Shown piece after piece: positions 19,007 to 26,617 of a stretch of 64,000 bases of DNA. The stretch is taken from contig CAKZLD010000146.1 of NCBI GenBank assembly GCA_937125135.1, positions 1,799 to 65,798 of the forward strand, given 5' to 3'. This DNA is from an uncultured Ignavibacterium sp. GTDB lineage: Bacteria > Bacteroidota > Ignavibacteria > Ignavibacteriales > Ignavibacteriaceae. The position numbers and the translations under genes are program-made. Position 1 is the stretch's first letter; the number at the start of each line of letters is the position of its first letter. The notes under the pieces are model-generated. The model searched no databases. It saw only the letters and a list, made by a program, of their open reading frames with translations, and was not told the origin of the DNA.

Positions 19007-20058
19007 AATAAATTATATCGTTTGCAAGCTGATATTAAAACCTGATTTATCATTTCGTCATAACTCATTCCAGCTGCTCTTGCAGCTTTTGGAAAACTTG
19101 AATTTTCTTTCGGGTCAGGCATTATTCCCGGAAGAGGATTAATCTCAATGATATTCGGAACTCCGTTTTTGTCGAGACGAACATCAATTCTGCTCCAATC
19201 TCTGCAGCGTAAAACTTTATAAGTTCTCAGACATACTTCTTTAATTTTTTCTTCAAGCTCTTTTTCAATTTGAGCAGGGCAATCGAATACATCAAAATCA
19301 TTTTCTTTTGTATCTAAAATCCATTTTGCTTCGTATGAATAAATTGGTTTAACTTCTTTCGGATATTTATCAAAACGAACTTCGATTATTGGCAAAATTT
19401 TTATATCGTTTCCGTTTCCAAGTAATGCAACAGTAAATTCTCTTCCCGGTAAAAATTCTTCAACTAATGCTGGTTGATCGTATAAATTATTGATTCTTTC
19501 TATCTCTGATTTCAGTTCAAAAAAATTATTAGTGATAGAAGAAGAAAAAATTCCCTTTGATGAACCTTCACTAATTGGTTTTACGAACATTGGGAAGTTA
19601 TAAGTTTTTCCGTTCAACTCAGATGAATCTTCATAAACAGAAAACTTTGAGTTTGGAATATTGTGATAACTTAAAATTTCTTTTGTTCGTGATTTATCTA
19701 GACAAATTCCTAAAGTAAGTGAGTCGCTTCCGGTAAAAGGAATATCCAACATTTCCAACATTGCAGGAATTTGTGCTTCACGACTAACTCCTTTTAATCC
19801 CTCTGCTATGTTAAAAACAATATCAGGACGAATTGATTTAAATTTTTCAAAAGCATTTTGATCTGCTTCAATTAAATTTACATCGTGATAAATTGATAAA
19901 GCATCTTTAACAGCATTTATTGTTTCCCACGTATCCCATTCAGCGAATTGATCAATTTGAGTGTTTTCGATTTGAGATGATTGTTGAAGATTTGAGGACA
20001 CTGATTCGGAGAAAGTTTCACTTTCTGGTTTTACATTGAACGTTAATGCAACATTCAA
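19003..20058 (-). CDS. ATP-grasp ligase, D-Ala-D-Ala-ligase-like (paralog 1)
   Basis: PDIVFNIAEGLKGVSREAQIPAMLEMLDIPFTGS, PMFVKPISEGSSKGI, LVEEFLPGREFTVALL and SRIDVRL...NIIEINPLPGI. The track start is TTG 20058. A strong AGGAG (20091-20095) is better spaced for an in-frame ATT at 20085. Confidence 0.72.
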   Translation of the reverse strand: MNVALTFNVKPESETFSESVSSNLQQSSQIENTQIDQFAEWDTWETINAVKDALSIYHDVNLIEADQNAFEKFKSIRPDIVFNIAEGLKGVSREAQIPAMLEMLDIPFTGSDSLTLGICLDKSRTKEILSYHNIPNSKFSVYEDSSELNGKTYNFPMFVKPISEGSSKGIFSSSITNNFFELKSEIERINNLYDQPALVEEFLPGREFTVALLGNGNDIKILPIIEVRFDKYPKEVKPIYSYEAKWILDTKENDFDVFDCPAQIEKELEEKIKEVCLRTYKVLRCRDWSRIDVRLDKNGVPNIIEINPLPGIMPDPKENSSFPKAARAAGMSYDEMINQVLISACKRYNLL

Positions 20059-20115
20059 TCTCTTACTGAACCGATCTGATAAAATAACTTCTCCTAAATT
20101 TTTTTTTCGAAAGCA

Positions 20116-20143
20116 AATATAATGTTTATAAAAATCTTGTCAA
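20116..20143 (-). promoter_or_regulatory. Putative sigma70-type promoter of the ATP-grasp/GNAT/kamA operon
   Basis: The minus strand reads TTGACA (20143-20138), a 16-nt spacer, then TATATT (20121-20116), about 55-60 nt upstream of the first ATP-grasp start. Confidence 0.35.
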
Positions 20144-20296
20144 GAAGTTTTGAAGATGATAAAAATTTTTTGAGATGAAAAAATTATTGTAGAATGAAAC
20201 AAGTGAACGAAAAATTTTTTTATTTAAAATTTATCACACTCATTTCAATATTGATTTCAGGGGCTGCAACGCATCACAATAATTTATCATTTATAC

Positions 20297-22507
20297 TTAA
20301 CCAATCTTTGAGAAAATAAAATTGTCTTTAAAGTCATTAATTATTTTTTTCTTCAACAAAAAATTTTTTTCTGAATTCAGATTTGAATCGTTTCTTATAA
20401 TTTCAAATGCTGATTGCTTTGCTTCATAAATTAATTTTTCATCTTCAATAAGATTGATGTACTTAAGATCAGGAAAACCACTTTGCTTGATTCCAAAAAT
20501 GTCTCCGGGTCCTCTGAGCTTCATATCAATCTCTGCAATTTTAAATCCGTCGTTATAATCAACCATAGATTGTAATCTTACATAAGCAGTATAATTTTCT
20601 AACTGAGATTGAGATAAATACTCAAGATTAAGTTTGTTAAGATTTTGCTTTGCTGAAAGACTATCAAAAGTAACAAGAATACAATAAGCTTGTTTATCGC
20701 TTCTGCCAACTCTTCCTCTTAGTTGATGAAGTTGTGATAAACCAAAACGATGTGCATCATTTATAAGAATTATATTTGCATCGGGGATGTCAATTCCAAC
20801 TTCAATTACAGTTGTAGCAATTAAAACATCAAAATCTTTTTTTAGAAATTTTAACATCATCTCTTCTTTTTCTTGCCAACTCATTCTTCCGTGAATTAGC
20901 CCGACATTCAAACCCTGAAGAAAAGTTGTTCGTAATTCATCATAGTATTTTGTTGCCGCTTTTAAATCAAGTTTATCTGATTCTTCAACAAGCGGATAAA
21001 CAATAAACGTCTGATAATTTTCTTTCGCTTTATCTTTAATAAACTTATAAATCTCAGGAAGTTTTTTTTCTCCTCTCAGCACTGTAATAATTTTTTTTCT
21101 GTTTTTAGGCATTTCATCAATAATTGAAACATCCAAATCGCCATACAATGTCATTGTCAGAGTCCGTGGAATTGGTGTGGCACTCATAACTAAAACATCT
21201 GTGTCAATTCCTTTTGAAATTAAATCAGCTCTTTGACGAACACCGAATCTATGTTGCTCATCAATGACTACAAAAGATAAATTTTTGAAATTAACATTTT
21301 CTTCAAGTAGTGCATGAGTACCAATGATGATGTCAGTTTCTTTTTCTTCAATTGATTGGAGAATTTTATTTCTCGTTGTTTTATTCTGTCCACCAAGAAG
21401 AAGACTTGCTTTTATTTTTCTTTGAGGATTGATTGCGTTTAATTTCTCAAGCAGTGATGAGATATTTTTATAATGTTGGTCTGCAAGAATTTCTGTCGGA
21501 ACCATTAGAGCAGTTTGATAACCATTATCAATTGCAATCAACATCGAGATAAGTGCCACAATTGTTTTTCCACTTCCAACATCTCCCTGAAGCAATCGAT
21601 TCATCGGAAAATCTGAAAGCATATCTTTTTTTATTTCAGAAAGAACTTTCAATTGTGATTGTGTTAATTGGAATGGAAGAATTGATAAAAACTTTTTTAT
21701 TAAATCAGAATGAATTGTGTATTTATGAGTTTTCCTTCTTTTCTGAATTTTATTTTTTTTAAGTGCAACTAATAATTCAAGGAAAAATATTTCTTCAAAT
21801 TTCATCCTTCTTTTTGCTTCGATGAGTTTTTCTTTGTTCTCAGGAAAATGAAAATTCAATATTGTTTTCGGAAGTGAAAGCAAAGAATGTTTTTGTAAAA
21901 TATATTCAGGCAAAGTTTCTTCAATCTTATCAGCATATTTTTCAGCAGCATTGTGAATGATTTTTCTGATTCCAAAATCGCCAAGATTAGTCAACTTTAA
22001 TTCTTTTGGTATTCTGTAAAAAGGAATAATTTTTCCTGTATTAAGAAAACTTTGCGATTCCTCTTCAGTTATTTTATCATAATCTGGATGAATGAATTTG
22101 AAGTGATCGTATTTATCTATTTCCGGTTTATTACTTATCGCAAAAAAATCATTCTCGTTGAAAACCTGATAAAAATATTTTACTCCTGAAAACCAAACGC
22201 ATTCAAAAAATCCTGTCTTATCTTTAAAAAAAACTTTCAGGATTTCTCTCTTTCGAGTTTTGATAATTTCCTTGTTTACTACTTTTCCAATGACTGTAAT
22301 TTCTCCATCAAATCCATTCAATGCGTATTGATATGCCTGAGCAACTGTCAAAACGGTTGTTCTATCGAGATGACGTGTTGGAAAATAAAATAGTAAATCA
22401 CGAATAGTTTGTATTCCAGCCTTTTCAAAGGCTGATGCTCGTTTGGGACCGATTGACTTTATGTATTTTACTGAAGTATCTAAAATGTTCGGTTTAGATT
22501 CAGCCAT
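20297..22507 (-). CDS. recG: ATP-dependent DNA helicase RecG
   Basis: Wedge/OB N-terminal domain, GDVGSGKT (Walker A), VVIDEQHRFGV (DEQH), SATPIPRT and QLRGRVGR. Length 736 aa. Confidence 0.93.
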   Translation of the reverse strand: MAESKPNILDTSVKYIKSIGPKRASAFEKAGIQTIRDLLFYFPTRHLDRTTVLTVAQAYQYALNGFDGEITVIGKVVNKEIIKTRKREILKVFFKDKTGFFECVWFSGVKYFYQVFNENDFFAISNKPEIDKYDHFKFIHPDYDKITEEESQSFLNTGKIIPFYRIPKELKLTNLGDFGIRKIIHNAAEKYADKIEETLPEYILQKHSLLSLPKTILNFHFPENKEKLIEAKRRMKFEEIFFLELLVALKKNKIQKRRKTHKYTIHSDLIKKFLSILPFQLTQSQLKVLSEIKKDMLSDFPMNRLLQGDVGSGKTIVALISMLIAIDNGYQTALMVPTEILADQHYKNISSLLEKLNAINPQRKIKASLLLGGQNKTTRNKILQSIEEKETDIIIGTHALLEENVNFKNLSFVVIDEQHRFGVRQRADLISKGIDTDVLVMSATPIPRTLTMTLYGDLDVSIIDEMPKNRKKIITVLRGEKKLPEIYKFIKDKAKENYQTFIVYPLVEESDKLDLKAATKYYDELRTTFLQGLNVGLIHGRMSWQEKEEMMLKFLKKDFDVLIATTVIEVGIDIPDANIILINDAHRFGLSQLHQLRGRVGRSDKQAYCILVTFDSLSAKQNLNKLNLEYLSQSQLENYTAYVRLQSMVDYNDGFKIAEIDMKLRGPGDIFGIKQSGFPDLKYINLIEDEKLIYEAKQSAFEIIRNDSNLNSEKNFLLKKKIINDFKDNFIFSKIG

Positions 22508-22514
22508 TTTTATA

Positions 22515-23114
22515 TTAAGTAAAAGTTGTATTTGTGTTGTAAGATTTTATTAAAAGGTCGTAATACTCATCCCACTCAATTTCAATTGCTCCAAACATTT
22601 TTAAATGATCTGTTAAATATTGAACATCAAGCAAAACAAAATTTCTTTCTCTGAGACGTTCAATCAATTTAATCAAAGCAACTTTTGAAGCTCCTGTAAC
22701 AAACGAAAACATTGATTCACCGAAGAAACCTCCTCTGAAAGCAATCCCATACAAACCACCGACGAGCTGATCATTTATGTAAGTTTCAACAGAGTGAACG
22801 AATCCGCGCTTATGTAATTTTTTATATGCCTCAATCAGTTTATTTGAAATCCATGTTGAATCTCTTTTTGCACAATTATAAATAACATTCAGATAATCAA
22901 AATCATATCTAATTTCAAATTTATTTTCGTTTATAAGTTTTTTAGTTGAGCGGGGAATATTAAAATTATCAAGTGGAATTATAGACCTGATTGAAGGTAA
23001 ATACCAATTAATATTTCCGAATCCATCGTCCATCGGAAAAGCTCCTGAAGCATATAATCTTATCATATTATCAGGCTCTAAAGTAGAATCAATATCTAAT
23101 AATCTAAAGTCCAT
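22515..23114 (-). CDS. aat: Leucyl/phenylalanyl-tRNA--protein transferase
   Basis: LYASGAFPM, the INWYLP..R pattern, GGLYGIAFRGGFFGESMF and VLLDVQ are characteristic. The gene ends 7 nt upstream of recG. Confidence 0.85.
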   Translation of the reverse strand: MDFRLLDIDSTLEPDNMIRLYASGAFPMDDGFGNINWYLPSIRSIIPLDNFNIPRSTKKLINENKFEIRYDFDYLNVIYNCAKRDSTWISNKLIEAYKKLHKRGFVHSVETYINDQLVGGLYGIAFRGGFFGESMFSFVTGASKVALIKLIERLRERNFVLLDVQYLTDHLKMFGAIEIEWDEYYDLLIKSYNTNTTFT

Positions 23115-23208
23115 ATAACGAAATTTTATTTCAGTAAAACCTTAATTAAGTTTGCCATGTAATTTTAAAAAACTTTGTTAAGAATGCTAATGAATTATAA
23201 GGAAATTT

Positions 23209-24153
23209 ATGACCAAAATTGCAGTTGTAGCATTAGGCGGAAATGCATTGCTTCGTGGCAGCGAAATAGGAACAATTCAACAACAAGAAAAAAATACTTA
23301 CGATACCTGCGTTAATCTCATCAATCTTATAAAAAAAGGGTTTGAAATAGTAATTACTCACGGAAACGGACCTCAGGTTGGAAATATTATGCTCAGAAAT
23401 GAAGCCGGATACAACACTTACAAAATTCCAAAAATGCCTTTGGACATTTGCGTGGCTGATTCTCAAGGTGGAATTGGATATATGATTGAAAGGCAAATGA
23501 GAAATATCCTTTCAAAAAATAAAATTAGAAAAAATATTGTAACAGTTGTAACTCAAGTTTTAGTTGATAAAAATGATCCGGCATTTCAGAATCCAAACAA
23601 ACCAGTTGGACCTTTTTATCTTAAAGAAGAAGCTGATTTATTGGCAAAAAGTAACAATTTTATTTTTAAGGAAGATGCAAGAAAACGAGGGTGGAGGCGA
23701 GTTGTACCATCCCCCGATCCGATTGAAATTCTTAACAAAAAAATAATAAAACATCTGGTGCAAAAAGGAAATATTGTAATAGCTTGCGGTGGCGGTGGTG
23801 TGCCTGTTTATCTCGATGAAGAAAAAAATCTACAAGGAACTGAAGCCGTGATTGATAAAGATTTGGCTTCATCATTACTCGCTTCTGAAATAGGAGCTGA
23901 TGAATTCTTCATTCTTACTGATGTTCCTAAAGTTTATTTAAATTTTCATAAACCGAATCAGATTGAACTTGATGAGGTTAAATTATCGCAAGCAAAAAAA
24001 TATTACGACGAAGGTGAGTTTGGCTCGGGTAGTATGGGACCAAAAGTTCTTGCTGCAATAAGATTTATAAGTGCTGGTGGAAAAGAAACTATCATTACAG
24101 AAGCCACTCAACTTGGCGTTGAAAATTGTGGAACTAAAATTATTCCTGATTAA
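23209..24153 (+). CDS. arcC: Carbamate kinase
   Basis: KIAVVALGGNAL, ITHGNGPQVGN, GGGGVPV and AVIDKDLASS. Length 314 aa. Confidence 0.9.
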   Translation: MTKIAVVALGGNALLRGSEIGTIQQQEKNTYDTCVNLINLIKKGFEIVITHGNGPQVGNIMLRNEAGYNTYKIPKMPLDICVADSQGGIGYMIERQMRNILSKNKIRKNIVTVVTQVLVDKNDPAFQNPNKPVGPFYLKEEADLLAKSNNFIFKEDARKRGWRRVVPSPDPIEILNKKIIKHLVQKGNIVIACGGGGVPVYLDEEKNLQGTEAVIDKDLASSLLASEIGADEFFILTDVPKVYLNFHKPNQIELDEVKLSQAKKYYDEGEFGSGSMGPKVLAAIRFISAGGKETIITEATQLGVENCGTKIIPD

Positions 24154-24179
24154 ACAATAAAAAATAAACGGAGTTATTT

Positions 24180-25112
24180 ATGGCAGTTAATATGAAAGGA
24201 AAAGATTTAATTTCTATTGCAGATCTTTCCATTGAAGAAATTTATGAAATTTTCGATGTAGCAAAATCACTCAAACAAAAACTTTATACCAATGAACCTC
24301 ACCGTCTTTTAGAAGGAAAAACTCTGGGAATGATTTTTACTAAGCGTTCAACGAGAACCAGAGTCTCTTTTGAAACAGGAATTTATCAACTCGGTGGGAT
24401 TGGTATGTATTTCGGACCAAATGATTTACAGCTTGGAACAAGCGAAAGCATTTCCGACACTGCAAAAGTTCTTTCAAGATATTTAAATGGAATTATGATT
24501 CGAACATTTGCTCACTCTGATGTAGTTGAGCTTGCAAAATATGCTGATATTCCTGTTATAAATGGACTAACCGATTTGCTTCATCCTTGTCAGGTTTTGA
24601 CTGATTTATTTACTGTATTAGAGAAGAAAAGAAAACTGCAGGGATTGAAACTTGCTTACATCGGCGATGGCAATAATGTGGCTCATAGCTTATTAAATGG
24701 CTGCTCAAAAGTAGGAATGAATATTGCAATTGCTTCTCCTTCAGGCTACAAACCAAACGAAGAAATTGTAAAAAATGCTAGAAAGTTTGCTGAATATATG
24801 GGAAGCAAAATCGAAATTCTTGAAGATCCGATTGAAGCAGTAAAAAATGCAGATATTGTTTATACCGATGTTTGGGCAAGTATGGGACAGGAAAGTGAAG
24901 CAGAAGAAAGAAAGAAAAAATTTGCTGCATTTCAGGTTAATCCAGAACTTGTAAAACACGCAAAAGATGATTACTTATTTATGCATTGCTTGCCAGCTCA
25001 TCGCGGAGAAGAAGTAGTAGATGAAGTCGCTGATTCACCTAATTCAGTAATTTTTGATGAAGCTGAAAACAGACTTCACGTTCAAAAAGCTATTATGGCT
25101 TTGGTAATGTAG
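24180..25112 (+). CDS. argF: Ornithine carbamoyltransferase
   Basis: STRTRVSFE (carbamoyl-phosphate site), TDVWASMGQE (ornithine SMG loop) and HCLPAHRGEE. Confidence 0.9.
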   Translation: MAVNMKGKDLISIADLSIEEIYEIFDVAKSLKQKLYTNEPHRLLEGKTLGMIFTKRSTRTRVSFETGIYQLGGIGMYFGPNDLQLGTSESISDTAKVLSRYLNGIMIRTFAHSDVVELAKYADIPVINGLTDLLHPCQVLTDLFTVLEKKRKLQGLKLAYIGDGNNVAHSLLNGCSKVGMNIAIASPSGYKPNEEIVKNARKFAEYMGSKIEILEDPIEAVKNADIVYTDVWASMGQESEAEERKKKFAAFQVNPELVKHAKDDYLFMHCLPAHRGEEVVDEVADSPNSVIFDEAENRLHVQKAIMALVM

Positions 25113-25139
25113 TTTTCACATATAATCTAAAAAGGAGTT

Positions 25140-26438
25140 ATGGAAAAATTTAATGATGTTTCGGTTTTTAGTATAATCCCCTTTGTATTAATGCTTCTTG
25201 CAATTGCTGTTCTGCCAATTACTTCGCCACATTTCTGGGAAAGTAACAGAAATAAATTAATTATTGCGATTACTTTAAGCATTCCGGAGATTATATATAT
25301 TTTTTATGTCGGAAATGAAGGCCATCTTTTTCACACAATATTTTTTGATTACATACCTTTTATAATTCTGCTTGGTTCTTTATTTGTAATTACAGGTGGA
25401 ATTCATCTTTCAGGAGATATAGAAGCAAAGCCTTTGACAAATGTTTTCATTCTTGGAATCGGAGCAGTGCTTGCTTCATTTATGGGAACAACCGGAGCTT
25501 CAATGTTGCTCATCAGACCCATTATTCAAATCAATGGAGAAAGAAAACTGAAAGTACATACAATTCTTTTCTTTATTGGAATTGTAGCGAATTGTGGTGG
25601 ATTGATGACTCCATTAGGTGATCCACCACTATTTATGATGTATTTGCGCGGTGCTCCTTTTTTCTGGTTCCTTGAGTTGTTCGTTGAGTGGTTTTTTGTT
25701 AATGCGATGCTTTTATTAATCTATTTTATTGTGGATTCGTATTATTACAAAAAAGAAAATCCAAAAGATATTTCTTTTGATAAAACAAATATTAAACCGC
25801 TGAAAATAGAAGGTAAGAGAAATTTTATCTTCTTATTAGGAGTAGTTCTTTCTGTTGCGTTCATCAATGAGCATTACTTCCCTTTAATACACGAAAGTGA
25901 ATATTATAGATTTGTAAGAGAAGCTGTAATTCTCGCAATGGCAATTCTATCTTTGTTATTTACACCTAAATTACTTCGTGTTTCTAATAATTTCAATTGG
26001 CATCCGATTGAAGAAGTTGCCTATCTGTTTTTAGGAATATTTATTACGATGGATTCAGCATTGATTTATCTTGTCAAGCACGCTAATGAATTAGGAATTA
26101 CCACTCCGACCCAATTTTACTATTATACAGGAATACTCAGCAGCTTTTTAGATAATACTCCAACTGCAGTTACTTTACATTCTTTAGCAGAAGGATTGAA
26201 TATTACAACTGGTGAGATGGTTGCGAATATTCCTGAAATTCTTCTGAAGGCAATTTCTGTATCTGCAGTATTTTTTGGCTCAATGACTTACATTGGAAAC
26301 GGACCAAACTTTATGGTTAAAGCTGTTGCAGAACAAAGTGGAATAAAAATGCCTGACTTTATCAGTTATATGATTAAGTTCTCACTTATCTTGTTGCTTC
26401 CACTTTTCATTTTAGCAGAATTATTTTTCATCCGATAA
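25140..26438 (+). CDS. Ion-transporter-superfamily permease (ArsB/NhaD / citrate-transporter-like)
   Basis: A 432-aa polytopic protein with IIPFVLMLLAIAVLP...FWE, GGLMTPLGDPPLFMMYL and NGPNFMVK. I recognise this as the family commonly labelled sodium:proton antiporter; the substrate is unknown. Confidence 0.65.
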   Translation: MEKFNDVSVFSIIPFVLMLLAIAVLPITSPHFWESNRNKLIIAITLSIPEIIYIFYVGNEGHLFHTIFFDYIPFIILLGSLFVITGGIHLSGDIEAKPLTNVFILGIGAVLASFMGTTGASMLLIRPIIQINGERKLKVHTILFFIGIVANCGGLMTPLGDPPLFMMYLRGAPFFWFLELFVEWFFVNAMLLLIYFIVDSYYYKKENPKDISFDKTNIKPLKIEGKRNFIFLLGVVLSVAFINEHYFPLIHESEYYRFVREAVILAMAILSLLFTPKLLRVSNNFNWHPIEEVAYLFLGIFITMDSALIYLVKHANELGITTPTQFYYYTGILSSFLDNTPTAVTLHSLAEGLNITTGEMVANIPEILLKAISVSAVFFGSMTYIGNGPNFMVKAVAEQSGIKMPDFISYMIKFSLILLLPLFILAELFFIR

Positions 26439-26443
26439 ATTTT

Positions 26444-26477
26444 AAACTGTCTCGGAAGTTATTCTGAGACAGTTTTT
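26444..26477 (+). terminator. Rho-independent terminator after the permease gene
   Basis: aaactgtctc-(12-nt loop)-gagacagttt followed by a T-run (tttttccc). Confidence 0.7.
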
Positions 26478-26617
26478 CCCAATCGAAAAAAAATTAACAT
26501 ACAAGTCAATCTTTTTTTTATTAAAATTGCATTAACTAATTCCATTCATTTCTGGGAATGAAATTCTTATCAAAATGAAAACTATTAAAAATTGAACATT
26601 AAACATTTTATCAAGTT

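Noticed and set aside
17945-20296. A microviridin/graspetide-like RiPP interpretation, since two ATP-grasp ligases plus a GNAT mirror mdnB/mdnC/mdnD.
   Set aside because: The ligases show Ddl-type motifs (NIAEG...FTGS, EINPLPG) rather than the RimK/MdnC-type pattern I recall. I found no plausible precursor ORF on the minus strand between recG and the operon, only 5-16 aa mini-ORFs upstream of the predicted promoter. The radical SAM partner is an aminomutase, not a peptide-modifying SPASM enzyme. A profile search could reopen this.
20194-20319. A 41-aa plus-strand ORF (MKQVNEKFFYLKFITLISILISGAATHHNN...) in the recG/ATP-grasp intergenic region.
   Set aside because: It is short, has no SD and runs into the 3' end of recG on the opposite strand. 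The region is better explained as promoter and leader of the minus-strand operon. It cannot be excluded as a small membrane peptide without expression data.
26478-26617. A small inverted repeat (ttcatt...aatgaa) and A/T runs upstream of dnaE, considered as a regulatory element or DnaA-box-like site.
   Set aside because: The repeat is very short and AT-rich, as expected by chance in this composition. No recognisable DnaA box (TTATCCACA-like) is present.
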